A stretch of 64,000 nt of DNA. Origin: an uncultured Gammaproteobacteria bacterium (GTDB taxonomy: Bacteria; Patescibacteriota; Microgenomatia; UBA10105; UBA927). The notes under the pieces are model-generated. The model ran no database searches. It was not told the origin of the DNA and was given only the letters and a program-made list of their open reading frames with translations. Made by a program: the position numbers and the translations under genes. The stretch is from NCBI GenBank assembly GCA_964449585.1, contig CAYUZE010000004.1, positions 51,063 to 115,062 on the forward strand, given 5' to 3'. Positions 15,823 to 26,783 of this stretch are shown here, one piece after another; position 1 is the first letter of the stretch, and each line of letters begins with the position of its first letter.

Positions 15823-18534
15823 ATGTTTAAGTTCCTCTCAAAGCTTCTCGACAGTAACGAAAAAGAGATACAAAAACTCAAAGCGCTGGTCGAAAAAATC
15901 AATGCTTTAGAGCCTGAAGCCAAAAAACTCAAAGACACTGAGCTGGGCAAAAAGACCATTGAGTTGAAACAGCGGCTCAAAAACGGGCAAACGCTTGATG
16001 AGATTTTGCCGGAAGCGTACGCATTGGTGCGCGAGGCGGCATTTCGCGCCATAGGAGAACGGCACTATGACGTGCAGCTTATGGCTGCCATTACGCTCCA
16101 TCAGGGAAAGGTTGCGGAACAAAAAACGGGAGAAGGTAAAACGCTTTCGGCTACTCCCGCACTTTACCTGAACGCCTTAACGGGCAGGGGCGCGCACCTT
16201 GTGACCGTCAATGATTATCTCGCCCGTCGTGATGCCGGTTGGATGGGTCCTATTTATCATTCGTTGGGGCTTAGCGTCTCCGCGATCATCAGCGAGCAGT
16301 CATTCCTGTACGATCCCGAATACTCCGCCCCCGATACGACCGATTGGCGTCTTACCCATTTGCGGCCCGTAAGCCGCAAGGAAGCGTACTTGGCGGACAT
16401 CACCTACGGCATCAATTCGGAATTCGGCTTCGATTACCTTCGGGACAACATGGTGAGCGATATGAGCCAACTTTCACAGCGGGAATGGCATTACGCCATT
16501 ATCGACGAAGTCGACTCGATTTTAATCGACGAGGCAAGAACGCCCCATATCATCTCGGCGCCCGCCGAAGAAGCGACCAGCAAGTACTATGATTACGCAA
16601 AACTGGTCGATAAGCTCGTCAAGGAAACCGATTACAGCATCGATGAAAAACTGCGGACCGCGCATCTTACCGATCACGGGATACTTAAAGTCGAAAAAAT
16701 GCTTGGGCTGGGGAATATTTACGAAACAAGCTTTGAAACGGTACATCATATTGAGGCGGCATTGAAAGCCCGAGCGCTTTACCACCGGGAGAAAGAATAC
16801 ATCGTCAAAGACGGGCAAGTGGTGATTGTTGACGAATTTACGGGTCGCCTCCTGAACGGCAGACGGTTTTCCGAAGGTATCCACCAGGCGATTGAGGCAA
16901 AAGAAGGAGTAGCTATCCAACAGGAAAGCAAAACGCTTGCAACCGTCAGTCTGCAGAACTACTTCCGCATGTACGAAAAGCTTGCCGGTATGACGGGCAC
17001 CGCATCCACCGAGGCGGAGGAATTCAAAAAGATATACAACCTGGACGTCGTGGTTATGCCGACACATCGGGCACAGGTTCGTGAGGATTTCCCCGACATG
17101 GTGTATAAAACGACGCGGGCAAAATACACGGCGATAGTGAGTGACATCATCGAACATCACAAAAAGGGGCAGCCGGTGTTGGTGGGTACGACCTCGATTG
17201 ATAAAAACGAAATCATCAGCGAGGCATTAAAGCGCAAAGGAGTACCGCATCAGGTGTTAAATGCCAAAAATCATCTCCGGGAGGCCATGATTATCGCCGA
17301 TGCCGGAAAACTGGGAGCCGTCACGGTTGCCACCAACATGGCGGGACGAGGCGTAGACATTATCCTCGGAGGACCAAAGAAAGAAAAATGGGAATATGAA
17401 AATCCCAAAGAATGGGAAAAAGATCTGGCCGAATGGAAGAAAAGCCATGAGGCAGTACAGCGGGCTGGAGGCCTGTACGTCATCGGCACCGAGCGGCACG
17501 AATCGCGCCGTATCGATAACCAGCTTCGCGGACGAAGCGGCCGTCAGGGAGATCCGGGAGCGAGCAGATTTTATGTATCGCTCGAAGACGACATCATGCG
17601 GCTTTTCGGCGGCGATCAGGTATCACGACTTATGGATGTGTTTAAGCTTCCCGAGGATGTTCCGCTTGAGCATCCGATGGTATCGAGAGCGCTCGAGCAG
17701 GCGCAGATGAAGGTGGAAGGATTCCACTTCGATAACCGAAAACATTTGGTCGAATATGATGATGTCTTAAATAAACATCGTGAGATTGTCTATAGGAGGC
17801 GTCGCAAGGTTCTGGAAGGGGAGAGTCAGAAGGATGCGATTATGAAGAAAGTCGCCGACGAAATTGCCGCATTCACGGCGGTGCACGGCAGCGATTCGAG
17901 CGCCATCGACCGGGAGAAAATGGTCGCGGAATTTGTGGCCATCATCCCGTTTGATCCGGCGAGTCAGGAACAACTCCTCACCCAGCTGAGACAGTTTCAT
18001 ACCACCCATGAAATTACCGAATTTTTGAGTAACCTGGCGGCGGATCTTTATGCAAAGCGGGAAGAGCAATTAACCCCCGAAGTCATGCGGCAGGTGGAAC
18101 GGTGGGTAAGTCTGCAGGTGATGGATAGTTTCTGGATGAACCATCTTGATGCCATTGATGATCTTCGGGAGGGTATCGGACTGCGAGGCTACGGGCAGCG
18201 TGATCCGCTGGTCGAATACAAAAACGAGGCGTTCTCCCTGTTTGAACGACTGCTTTCCAGCATAGACAGCGAAATCGTGCACCGGATATTTAAAGTACAG
18301 GTGCAGATGGCGCCTCCCGGGCAAGAGGCGGGTGCGTCATCCACGGGGGATAAAAAAACGTCGAGTCCGTTGCCGATTCCCAAGAAACGGATGCAAACCA
18401 ACGCACCGACGTCTGAGGTGTCGAATAATCCGATATCGTCCGATAAAATCGGGCGCAATGATCCTTGTCCGTGCGGCTCGGGATTAAAATACAAGAAATG
18501 CGGACTCATTAACGCGCCGCAACATAAGAAGTAG
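15823..18534 (+). CDS. secA: Preprotein translocase ATPase SecA
   Basis: DEAD-like motor motifs (GEGKTL, DEVDSILIDEARTP, TNMAGRGVDI) and a C-terminal zinc-binding tail CPCGSGLKYKKC. Confidence 0.95.
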   Translation: MFKFLSKLLDSNEKEIQKLKALVEKINALEPEAKKLKDTELGKKTIELKQRLKNGQTLDEILPEAYALVREAAFRAIGERHYDVQLMAAITLHQGKVAEQKTGEGKTLSATPALYLNALTGRGAHLVTVNDYLARRDAGWMGPIYHSLGLSVSAIISEQSFLYDPEYSAPDTTDWRLTHLRPVSRKEAYLADITYGINSEFGFDYLRDNMVSDMSQLSQREWHYAIIDEVDSILIDEARTPHIISAPAEEATSKYYDYAKLVDKLVKETDYSIDEKLRTAHLTDHGILKVEKMLGLGNIYETSFETVHHIEAALKARALYHREKEYIVKDGQVVIVDEFTGRLLNGRRFSEGIHQAIEAKEGVAIQQESKTLATVSLQNYFRMYEKLAGMTGTASTEAEEFKKIYNLDVVVMPTHRAQVREDFPDMVYKTTRAKYTAIVSDIIEHHKKGQPVLVGTTSIDKNEIISEALKRKGVPHQVLNAKNHLREAMIIADAGKLGAVTVATNMAGRGVDIILGGPKKEKWEYENPKEWEKDLAEWKKSHEAVQRAGGLYVIGTERHESRRIDNQLRGRSGRQGDPGASRFYVSLEDDIMRLFGGDQVSRLMDVFKLPEDVPLEHPMVSRALEQAQMKVEGFHFDNRKHLVEYDDVLNKHREIVYRRRRKVLEGESQKDAIMKKVADEIAAFTAVHGSDSSAIDREKMVAEFVAIIPFDPASQEQLLTQLRQFHTTHEITEFLSNLAADLYAKREEQLTPEVMRQVERWVSLQVMDSFWMNHLDAIDDLREGIGLRGYGQRDPLVEYKNEAFSLFERLLSSIDSEIVHRIFKVQVQMAPPGQEAGASSTGDKKTSSPLPIPKKRMQTNAPTSEVSNNPISSDKIGRNDPCPCGSGLKYKKCGLINAPQHKK

Positions 18535-18774
18535 TTAGGGTGCTTTGATTAACTCCGGATTTGCCCCATCAAGCTCAAAAATTTTCCCCAGAAGATTGCC
18601 GTAGTAGCCATGATTTTTGTGCTCGGGATCGCATCATTGTTGCTTGTAAGGGAGGGTAATGTATAACGAGGTGTTTGGCTCCGTCATGAGCGGCGTTGCC
18701 ACATGGTGTTAGGTTACCCCTCTTCTCGGATTACCTGACATCACCAAAAAACTCTGTGTTATAATCTTTTTCAT

Positions 18775-19434
18775 ATGAATAGCGAAACAAAACTTTTTGC
18801 GGGTATTATTGCGGCAACCTTTGTGATTATCGTCGGCGCGGCGTTTGTCTTTAGCAGGCCGACTAACACTCCTCCCGTTGATCCCAAGCTCCTTGTCAAC
18901 GAAAACAGCTATAAGACCGGTTCGGGTTCCGCGGTAACCCTTGTTGAGTTCGGGGATTTCCAATGTCCTGCCTGCGGTGCATATCACACGGTGGTGAAGC
19001 AGCTTATGGAGAAGTATAACGATTCGGTGACCTTGGTGTTCCGGCACTTTCCGTTAAACATTCATCCCAATGCCGTACCCGCATCGCTTGCGGTAGAAGC
19101 GGCGGGTGTACAGGGAAAGTTTTGGGAGATGTCGGACAAAATGTACGTGACGCAAAGTGCTTGGTCAAACGAAAAGAATGCCGCTGATATTTTCGTAGGT
19201 TACGCCAAAGAGATGGGACTCGATACCGAGAAATTCAAAAAGGATATGGCTGATCCCGCACTGAAAAAGCGTATTGACCGTGACGTTATGGATGCGACGA
19301 CCTTAGGTATCAATGCGACGCCGAGCTTTTATATCAACAACGTCAAGATCAGCAACCCGGCGAGTCTAGAGGAATTTGATATGTTGCTGAAGACGGCGAT
19401 CGAAAAGTCCGCCACCCCGAGTAGTACTCCGTGA
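18775..19434 (+). CDS. DsbA-family thiol:disulfide oxidoreductase, membrane anchored
   Basis: N-terminal TM helix; CPAC active site in a thioredoxin fold; FRHFPL motif. A TGTTATAAT extended -10 sits upstream. Confidence 0.8.
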   Translation: MNSETKLFAGIIAATFVIIVGAAFVFSRPTNTPPVDPKLLVNENSYKTGSGSAVTLVEFGDFQCPACGAYHTVVKQLMEKYNDSVTLVFRHFPLNIHPNAVPASLAVEAAGVQGKFWEMSDKMYVTQSAWSNEKNAADIFVGYAKEMGLDTEKFKKDMADPALKKRIDRDVMDATTLGINATPSFYINNVKISNPASLEEFDMLLKTAIEKSATPSSTP

Positions 19435-19439
19435 GGTTG

Positions 19440-20639
19440 TTACTCGTATCGAAGCGCTTCGATAGGATCCAGCCGTGCCGCCCGGATCGCGGGGGCAACG
19501 CCGAAGATGATGCCGATGGCGGCCGAAAATCCGAATGATAAGAGAACGGACCAAAGGGTAACCGAGGTATTGATCAGCTGATTGAGCCCCATCGCCCCCA
19601 ACGCGCCTATCCCGATCCCGATTGCTCCGCCGAAAAGGGAAAGGATAACCGATTCGATAAGAAACTGCATCAGAATGTCTTTGGGAGTCGCCCCCACCGC
19701 TTTTCGAAGACCGATCTCCCGTGTTCGTTCGGTGACGGAAACCAGCATGATATTCATAATACCGATGCCTCCCACAAGGAGCGAAATACCCGCAATACCT
19801 CCCAGTGCCGCGGTGATGACATTCAAAAATTGCGTGATCGTTTCCAAAAGTTGGGTTGATTCAAGGACGGTGAACTCATCGTCTTTGAGCCGACGTGCAA
19901 GAATCCGTTCCGCATCATCCCTAGCTTGAGTGACGTGATCGCTGTCCACCGCTTCCACAAATATCATAAACGGGCGATCCCGGTCGAATTGCCGCATCGC
20001 GGTGGTTAAGGGGATGGCGGTAAAGTCATCGGCACTCCCCATGGCACCCCCGCCGCCTTTCGATTTGATGGTGCCCACAATTTCAAACTGTACGTCGTTT
20101 AAGGTAAGGGTTTTGCCGACGGGATTAACCCCCTCGCCGAAAAGGTCGGATGCCGGTTTGTTACCCAGCACCATCACCCTGCGGGACCGTTCCACATCAT
20201 TTTGGGTAATAATTCTGCCGAACTCCGCTTCGTATTTGGCAAGATCAAAATAATTTTCCCATAAGCCCCATACTTCCGTAGAGACGGTTTTTCCTCCGTA
20301 CGAGAATGAGCCGAATCCCTGCACCATGGGAGATGCCTGTTTTATGGATTCGCTGCCCCGTTCAAGATCGGATACGTCGGAGAGTTCAAATTTGCTTGCG
20401 GACATCATGGCACCCCGGGGTCCCTGGCTCATGTCCACATCACCCGCCATGACCATAATGGTGTTCGATCCCAGACTCGCAAACTGTTCGGTTACATAAT
20501 TTTGGAGTCCCGTTCCGATCGACACAAGCAATATCACGGAGGATACGCCGATGATGATCCCCAGCATCGTTAAGAGTGACCGCACCTTATTGGTGCGGAG
20601 CGCGTTTAATGCCAGTCGTATGTATTCGGCGGTGTTCAT
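19440..20639 (-). CDS. ABC efflux permease, MacB/FtsX-like
   Basis: N-terminal TM helix, a large periplasmic domain and a C-terminal FtsX-like 3-TM bundle; 4-nt overlap with the ATPase gene. Confidence 0.8.
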   Translation of the reverse strand: MNTAEYIRLALNALRTNKVRSLLTMLGIIIGVSSVILLVSIGTGLQNYVTEQFASLGSNTIMVMAGDVDMSQGPRGAMMSASKFELSDVSDLERGSESIKQASPMVQGFGSFSYGGKTVSTEVWGLWENYFDLAKYEAEFGRIITQNDVERSRRVMVLGNKPASDLFGEGVNPVGKTLTLNDVQFEIVGTIKSKGGGGAMGSADDFTAIPLTTAMRQFDRDRPFMIFVEAVDSDHVTQARDDAERILARRLKDDEFTVLESTQLLETITQFLNVITAALGGIAGISLLVGGIGIMNIMLVSVTERTREIGLRKAVGATPKDILMQFLIESVILSLFGGAIGIGIGALGAMGLNQLINTSVTLWSVLLSFGFSAAIGIIFGVAPAIRAARLDPIEALRYE

Positions 20640-21334
20640 GCTGTTTTTTTGTGCGTTTTGCCGTCAGATACTATCTTTCCGTCGGTGATACGGATAATCC
20701 GTTTGGCATGACGGGCGACATCCTCGTCATGGGTAACCAGCACGATCGTACGTCCCTGCGAATAAAGCTTTTCAAAGATGTCGAGGATGTCTTTTCCTGA
20801 CTTGCTGTCGAGGTTTCCGGTGGGCTCATCGGCAAGGATAATGCTCGGCCGAGTTATGAGCGCGCGGGCTATTGCGACCCGTTGTTGTTGTCCTCCGGAA
20901 AGTTGGGAGGGGAAATTGGTCATTTTGGTTCCTAGTCCCACTTCATGGAGCAGTTCTATGGCACGATTCTTCCGTTCCTTCGGCGGGACTTTCGCGTAGA
21001 TAAGCGGTAATTCAACGTTTTCGATCGAACTGGTTCGCCGCAAAAGGTTGAATTGTTGAAACACAAATCCGATGTGCGTGTTACGAATTTCCGCAAGCTC
21101 AGCGTCGTTTGCCGTAAATATATCGTGCTCCTCTATATACACCTTGCCGCTTGTCGGGCGATCCAGGCATCCGATGATGTGCATGAGCGTCGATTTGCCG
21201 CTCCCCGAAGGGCCCATGATTGCGACAAACTCTCCCTTTTTGATAGCAAGGGAAACGTTGTCCAACGCCTGAAAGACAACTCCGTCCATGGCGTATTGTT
21301 TGGAGACGTTTTCAATCCGTAGCAGATCGGTCAT
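20636..21334 (-). CDS. ABC transporter ATP-binding protein (MacB/LolD-type)
   Basis: Walker [10 protein letters not shown], signature [15 protein letters not shown], Walker [12 protein letters not shown]. Confidence 0.9.
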   Translation of the reverse strand: MTDLLRIENVSKQYAMDGVVFQALDNVSLAIKKGEFVAIMGPSGSGKSTLMHIIGCLDRPTSGKVYIEEHDIFTANDAELAEIRNTHIGFVFQQFNLLRRTSSIENVELPLIYAKVPPKERKNRAIELLHEVGLGTKMTNFPSQLSGGQQQRVAIARALITRPSIILADEPTGNLDSKSGKDILDIFEKLYSQGRTIVLVTHDEDVARHAKRIIRITDGKIVSDGKTHKKTA

Positions 21335-22377
21335 TTTGGGATATTGGTGAATCCTTTGGTGACGATGACGTCGCCTTCGGCTATGCCGTCGGTAATAATA
21401 ACGTCATCTTCATTTTTCTTTCCGGCGGTGATCGGGGTTTTTTTATAGGATGATCCCGTCTTCTTGTATACATACGTGTTTCCGTTTTCTTCCCTGATCG
21501 CCTCGGTGGGGACGGTTAACACGTTGCTCTCCCGATCGGTGACGATGGTGATGTCGCCGTTTAAACCGATGCGCAGATTTTCGGGATTATCGAATGCTAT
21601 TTTGACCGGAAATACGGTGGCGCCGCCGCTTGATTGTTGGGAGATATAGGAAATATATCGGATCGTACCGGAATAAGTCGCATCGGGAAACGCATCAAGC
21701 GTGATGGTCGCTTTTTGTCCTACGGAAAGGCTTCCGACATCGGTTTCGTCTACCGTGGCTTCGAAAACAAGACTGGTCGGATCGGCGACGGCAAACACCG
21801 CCGTTGCAGGTGTGATGTTGACACCCGCGACCGGCGTATCGATGCGGGTGACAATCCCCGCAATCGGGGTAACAAGGGAAGCAAATTCGACGGCAAGGTG
21901 CTTGAGTTCAACGTCAAGGACGGATTTCTCGAGATCCCATTGATTTTTTTCCAATATTCTCCGTATGGTATCGTTAAATGCGTCATTAGGTTTCTTGCCG
22001 TCGTAGGTGACACGCCATGTTTGTTCGTAATCATTGCGCTGACTACTGTAGTCTCTGAGGGATTTTTCCAGATTCTTCTGTACCTCGCGGCTGTCCAACG
22101 TCGCAAGTGTCTGATACGCACTGACGCTTGCGCCTTCCTTTACTCCTACCCACGCGAGCTTTCCCGATGCCTGAAATTTGAGCTCGACGGAAACATCGGC
22201 CTTTGTTTTTCCCGAAGAAGAAAGTGTTTTCGTAAAATCCCGTCGGGAGACCGTTTTGGTGGTGATGCCTGCCGCCGCATTTTGTGTTTGCGATCGATTT
22301 ACCCACACGATAACGGCAATGCCGACAAGCAGGAGTGCAAGCAGCAGTTTATAATTTCGCACCACAAAGGATTTCAT
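21331..22377 (-). CDS. Efflux periplasmic adaptor (HlyD/MacA family)
   Basis: N-terminal TM anchor, coiled-coil and beta-barrel pattern; in an operon with the ABC ATPase and permease. Start at the internal ATG (MKSFVV). Confidence 0.75.
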   Translation of the reverse strand: MKSFVVRNYKLLLALLLVGIAVIVWVNRSQTQNAAAGITTKTVSRRDFTKTLSSSGKTKADVSVELKFQASGKLAWVGVKEGASVSAYQTLATLDSREVQKNLEKSLRDYSSQRNDYEQTWRVTYDGKKPNDAFNDTIRRILEKNQWDLEKSVLDVELKHLAVEFASLVTPIAGIVTRIDTPVAGVNITPATAVFAVADPTSLVFEATVDETDVGSLSVGQKATITLDAFPDATYSGTIRYISYISQQSSGGATVFPVKIAFDNPENLRIGLNGDITIVTDRESNVLTVPTEAIREENGNTYVYKKTGSSYKKTPITAGKKNEDDVIITDGIAEGDVIVTKGFTNIPK

Positions 22378-22474
22378 AGGTGAAGTATAGCAGGAGTTCA
22401 TGCGATGTACCATAAACCATCGCACGGAAACCCAGCCTCGTTTGAAGCTGGGTTTCCCTATCCATAACCCGGTC

Positions 22475-22897
22475 TTACTTCTCTTCGCGAACGGAAATTT
22501 TCTTCGGTTGTGCTTTCGGGGATTTGGCAAACGTCACGGTCATAACACCGTTTTTGACGGAAGCAACCGGATCTTTGGTGGTATCGATATCACCGGGTAC
22601 GGTTACCCGATAGGAAAACGAGCTTGCCGCTTTCCGGTAATATTTTTTATCGGATTCTTCTTCTTTGGATTCACCTTTAATCCACACGACTCCATGATCT
22701 ACCGTCACCTCTATGTCTTTCGGATCCACGCCGGGAACGGCAGCCTGTACGAACACGCGGGATTCATCTTCGGCAAGCGATAAGCCGCTTGGCCAGTTTG
22801 TTACGGCGCCCCAATCCTCTTCATCTTCCCATAACGACGGAAGGGTGGGGAAGCGCCAGTAAGAACGCGGTACCAGATCTGTCATAGGTTTATTCAC
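22475..22897 (-). CDS. Hsp20/alpha-crystallin small heat-shock protein
   Basis: Alpha-crystallin domain with S.R.V.LP..VD......A...NGVL.V..PK. Confidence 0.8.
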   Translation of the reverse strand: MNKPMTDLVPRSYWRFPTLPSLWEDEEDWGAVTNWPSGLSLAEDESRVFVQAAVPGVDPKDIEVTVDHGVVWIKGESKEEESDKKYYRKAASSFSYRVTVPGDIDTTKDPVASVKNGVMTVTFAKSPKAQPKKISVREEK

Positions 22898-23028
22898 CTC
22901 CTTTCCGCCTATTAAAAGGTCTTAGCACTCTTATAACACGAGTGCCAATTTTCTGTCAAGATCTTTTTTCGCCGGTTCGGAAGTTTGTGTCTTGCGTTAC
23001 AAAAACAGTTTCCTTACAATGCCTGTAT

Positions 23029-23796
23029 ATGAAAGAAACACCAGTTGCCGCTCGTCCGTCATGGGTACAGATCGCCGTCGTCGTTCTTCTGATGATCGCC
23101 TCGTTTCTTATCGGATCCCTCTACACCAAGGTGCAATATCTCGAATCTTTAGGAGGAGCTCCCGCGGGAGTTGCGAAAGCCAAGTACAAGTCCTTCGATG
23201 ATGCCATGGCTGCGTTTGCTAAAGAGGTGAAGATTGACGGCAAGAAGTTGGTGGCCTGTATGAACAGCGGTGAAAAGAAGGCAATCGTCGATGCCGAGGC
23301 TGCGGAGGCTGCTGCCGTCGACGTGACGGGAACGCCGGGATTTTTCATAAACGGCAGGTTGCTCGGAGGAGCGTTTCCCTTTGAGAGTTTTAAAGAGCTC
23401 ATCGACAAGGAGCTTGCAAAGACGGCAACAAACAACGTCGCTGATTATTCAAAAGGCCTGCAGGATGCCAATAAGAGCGGCGCTTTCAATCCCGTGCCGA
23501 AAGTACTTGCGGTAGGCACGTCCAGTTCAAAAGGACCGGAAAACGCTCCGATAACGATCGTGGAGTTTTCTGACTTTCAGTGTCCGTTCTGTAGCAGAGC
23601 GCACCCGACGGTGAAACAAGTGATGAGTGAATATAAAGACAAAGTCCGCTTGGTGTACAAACACCTGCCGCTTGTCAGTTTGCATCCCCGTGCACAAAAA
23701 ACTGCGGAAGCAGCCGAGTGTGCAAAAGATCAGGGAAAGTTCTGGGAATTCCACGACATCCTGTTCGAGAAGCAGGCGGATTGGTCTAGCCTCTAA
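23029..23796 (+). CDS. DsbA-like thioredoxin-fold protein, membrane anchored
   Basis: N-terminal TM helix; CPFC active site; C-terminal KHLPL and FWEFHD motifs like the DsbA at 18775. Confidence 0.75.
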   Translation: MKETPVAARPSWVQIAVVVLLMIASFLIGSLYTKVQYLESLGGAPAGVAKAKYKSFDDAMAAFAKEVKIDGKKLVACMNSGEKKAIVDAEAAEAAAVDVTGTPGFFINGRLLGGAFPFESFKELIDKELAKTATNNVADYSKGLQDANKSGAFNPVPKVLAVGTSSSKGPENAPITIVEFSDFQCPFCSRAHPTVKQVMSEYKDKVRLVYKHLPLVSLHPRAQKTAEAAECAKDQGKFWEFHDILFEKQADWSSL

Positions 23797-23810
23797 TCTA
23801 CGAGATTGCG

Positions 23811-24509
23811 CTAGGATTCAGGGATGATTTGTGGTTCGAACACCTTAGCCTCTCGGGAATCAAACGTTATTGAAAGATTGCCTGATCTTTGATGTCGTTC
23901 ACCTACGACAAGCGATCTCATGGGTATGTTAAAAGAGTCAAACTCCCGGTTGTCCAAGCCTATTGCAGCCCTTTCTGTATCGAAGAGTGATTGAACGCCG
24001 TTTGCAGATGTTACGGTAAAAAATGTGTGCAAAAACGGATAGAGCACGGTGGCAAGCGCACCCTTTTTGATGACTTCGAGCACTGGGGTTGCAGACGAAC
24101 GGTCATCAAAACTTAGCACAAATGTTGAAACAGTTGGGCGCAATCTTGCCTTCTCAAATTTATCAACCACCCCGCTAAACGCAATTTGCCAAAGCCCTTG
24201 AGTATCTGGTTCGCATATCGAATAACATGCACCGTTTGATCGCTCAACACCGGCTTGCCTTAATCCCTTTTTTTGATAAGGGATGCCTAATCGGTCAAAA
24301 AAATACGTGTACGGTTTGCTGAGAATCGGATCGTTAAGCTGAATATCAATCGCACCGCGTGTACTGCCCACTCTAAGCCCTTTATCTGCTCTTTTTGCGG
24401 AAAATGCATATTTTTCATTTGCCATAAATCTTCCGTGAACAACATGGGGTATTTGCATCTTTAGGGCCTCACTTGCCATATGGATATCAACATCGGGATG
24501 TACTGACAT
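23811..24509 (-). CDS. Hypothetical protein (232 aa), compositionally AT-rich relative to its neighbours
   Basis: Intact ORF 19 nt downstream of ruvB. GC is visibly lower than flanking genes. No recognisable motif. Confidence 0.5.
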   Translation of the reverse strand: MSVHPDVDIHMASEALKMQIPHVVHGRFMANEKYAFSAKRADKGLRVGSTRGAIDIQLNDPILSKPYTYFFDRLGIPYQKKGLRQAGVERSNGACYSICEPDTQGLWQIAFSGVVDKFEKARLRPTVSTFVLSFDDRSSATPVLEVIKKGALATVLYPFLHTFFTVTSANGVQSLFDTERAAIGLDNREFDSFNIPMRSLVVGERHQRSGNLSITFDSREAKVFEPQIIPES

Positions 24510-24527
24510 AGTACGTATTATACGTCT

Positions 24528-25565
24528 TTAGAGAGTAAATATTTCTTTTTGACGTTTTGTCGGGGTTTTCCCGAGGTGGGTAAATGCCGCCATCGTGACT
24601 GTTCTGCCGCGCGGGGTACGCTTTAAGAAGCCAATCTGCATCAGATACGGTTCCAGCACATCCTCCACCGTGCCGATATCCTCCGAAAGTGCGGCGGCAA
24701 GGGTTTCAATACCGACGGGGCCGCCTTCGTACTTTTCGATAAGGATCGTTAAGAGTCGTCTGTCCGATGTATCCAGGCCCACGCTATCAACCTCAAACAG
24801 CGTGAGAGAGTGGTGAAGGATGGGCATATCGATGGCGCCGTTTCCTTCTACCTGTGCCACGTCCCGCACGCGTTTTAATAATCGAAGCGCGATACGCGGG
24901 GTACCGCGGCTTCTCTTTGCGAGCTCATGTCTTGCCTCGCTCGCAAGCGTTACGTTGAGTTTTTTGGCCGCGCGATCAAGAATCGCTTCGATATCTTTCG
25001 GTTCGTAAAACGACAGTCGGGTGACGACGCCGAAGCGGTCTCGCATGGGGGAGGAAAGTGCCCCCACGCGGGTGGTTGCGCCGATGATGGTGAACGGCGG
25101 GAGGTCAAGACGAAGGGTTCGCGCCGCAGGACCCTTGCCCAATACGATATCAAGGGCATAGTCTTCCATGGCAGGATACAGCGTTTCTTCCACCACTTTG
25201 TTGAGCCGATGGATTTCGTCGATAAATAAGATATCGTTGGGTTCGAGGTTGGTTAAAATTGCCGCCACGTCGCCCGCCCGCTCGATCGCGGGGCCGCTCG
25301 TTACCCGGACGTTGACCCCTAATTCCTTCCCGATAAGATGGGCAAGCGTCGTTTTCCCCAGTCCCGGAGGACCGTAGAGCAAAATATGCTCGAGCGGTTC
25401 CTTCCGTTTTTTTGCCGCTGCTATCGCAATATGCAGCGTCCGTTTTACCGTTTCCTGTCCCGCAAACTCCGGCCAGGTTGCGGCTCTGAGCGACACCAAA
25501 AGATTTTGTTCTTCCGGCGTGACCGTTGTTTCGAGAATGTGTTCGATGGGATCGGCTTTCTTCAT
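24528..25565 (-). CDS. ruvB: Holliday junction branch-migration helicase RuvB
   Basis: AAA+ motifs [11 protein letters not shown] and DEIHRL, plus a C-terminal winged helix. Confidence 0.95.
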   Translation of the reverse strand: MKKADPIEHILETTVTPEEQNLLVSLRAATWPEFAGQETVKRTLHIAIAAAKKRKEPLEHILLYGPPGLGKTTLAHLIGKELGVNVRVTSGPAIERAGDVAAILTNLEPNDILFIDEIHRLNKVVEETLYPAMEDYALDIVLGKGPAARTLRLDLPPFTIIGATTRVGALSSPMRDRFGVVTRLSFYEPKDIEAILDRAAKKLNVTLASEARHELAKRSRGTPRIALRLLKRVRDVAQVEGNGAIDMPILHHSLTLFEVDSVGLDTSDRRLLTILIEKYEGGPVGIETLAAALSEDIGTVEDVLEPYLMQIGFLKRTPRGRTVTMAAFTHLGKTPTKRQKEIFTL

Positions 25566-25572
25566 ACTGGGA

Positions 25573-26139
25573 TTACCCGAGCCGCTTTAAGGCATGTTTT
25601 ATTTTCTCTTCGAGGGTGCCTTCCGCGGGAACATGTTTGAGTGCTTCTTTTGCCTCATGTTTATCAAACCCCATGGCGATTAACGCATCCGTCACTGCCT
25701 TGGCATCATCGGTATCTTGTGCCGCAAGATCGATATCGGCGGAGTTACCCAATTTGCTTTTCAGTTCAATGATTATTTTTTGGGCATTTTTCTTCCCAAG
25801 GCGGGGGATACCGGTGAAAAATGAGACATCAGACGCAACGATTGCCCGTTTGATTTCGCCGCTTTCATGGTCGAGAACCGAAAGCGCCGTTTTTGGGCCG
25901 ATGCCCGATACGCCCAAAAGCAGTTCAAAGAGTATCCGTTCTTCCTCCCGTAAAAATCCGAAGAGCATAAGCACGTCTTCACGGACATGCGTGTGGGTAA
26001 GCACGGTAACCTCGCTGCCCGTCGGAACCTTACGTAACAGTCGCTCGGGTACCCATACCGCGTAGCCAACGCCGTGCACGTCAACAACCAACGGATTTCT
26101 TTGCGCGGAAATAATGGTGCCGGTAAGTTGGGCGATCAT
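25573..26139 (-). CDS. ruvA: Holliday junction DNA-binding protein RuvA
   Basis: MIAQLTGTI.......VVDV.GVGY.V.VP; HhH motifs (GIGPKTALS..). Confidence 0.9.
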   Translation of the reverse strand: MIAQLTGTIISAQRNPLVVDVHGVGYAVWVPERLLRKVPTGSEVTVLTHTHVREDVLMLFGFLREEERILFELLLGVSGIGPKTALSVLDHESGEIKRAIVASDVSFFTGIPRLGKKNAQKIIIELKSKLGNSADIDLAAQDTDDAKAVTDALIAMGFDKHEAKEALKHVPAEGTLEEKIKHALKRLG

Positions 26140-26198
26140 AGATTGTCGTACGTCGTGTAAATCTTGTCTCCTAACGTTAGTACAAGATTGATTCCGGA

Positions 26199-26705
26199 TC
26201 AAGTCCGGGATGCCAACGATGACACTTTATAGGAAAATCCGTGAGTCACCGCGATAGCAAGCGCGTCGCAGGTGTCGTCGGGCGTCGGCATTTTGGTAAG
26301 TCGCAACAGCTTTGTCACCATTTTTCCCACCTGCGATTTGTCCGCGCTTCCGCTGCCGCAGATGGTTTTTTTGACGGTCATAGGTCCGTAGCTCGCAAGC
26401 GGAATATTTGCCTGGGCGCAGGCAAGTAATATGACGCCGCGGGCTTGTCCCACCGCAATAGCCGTCTTTGCATTTTTGGAAAAAAACAAATCCTCGACAC
26501 CGACCGCATCGGGTGCATAGGTCGTCAGCAGTTTCGTAAATGACGTATATATTGCGGCAAGTCTTATTTCCGGCGCATCTTCCTTGGGGGTGGTGATGCA
26601 TCCGTACGCCTTGGCTTGTATGCGGCTCTTATCTTCCGTAATAACTCCCCATCCTATACGCGCCGTTCCGGGATCCACCCCTAGTATCGTTATCATGTGT
26701 TCCAT
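26199..26705 (-). CDS. ruvC: Crossover junction endodeoxyribonuclease RuvC
   Basis: ILGVDPGTARIGWGVI, with acidic catalytic residues conserved. Confidence 0.9.
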   Translation of the reverse strand: MEHMITILGVDPGTARIGWGVITEDKSRIQAKAYGCITTPKEDAPEIRLAAIYTSFTKLLTTYAPDAVGVEDLFFSKNAKTAIAVGQARGVILLACAQANIPLASYGPMTVKKTICGSGSADKSQVGKMVTKLLRLTKMPTPDDTCDALAIAVTHGFSYKVSSLASRT

Positions 26706-26783
26706 TTATATCATGCGAGATTGGGTAATGCCATTGTCGGCTGCGGCGTATTCATATGCTATAGTGCAAGAAGTGAGGGAATA

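Noticed and set aside
16522-17499. Minus-strand ORFs inside secA (212 aa, 80 aa, 72 aa)
   Set aside because: They are entirely antisense to the highly conserved secA coding sequence.
19440-22530. MacAB-like efflux operon plus Hsp20 as a candidate novel system
   Set aside because: All three components match a standard tripartite ABC efflux pump. It is ordinary.
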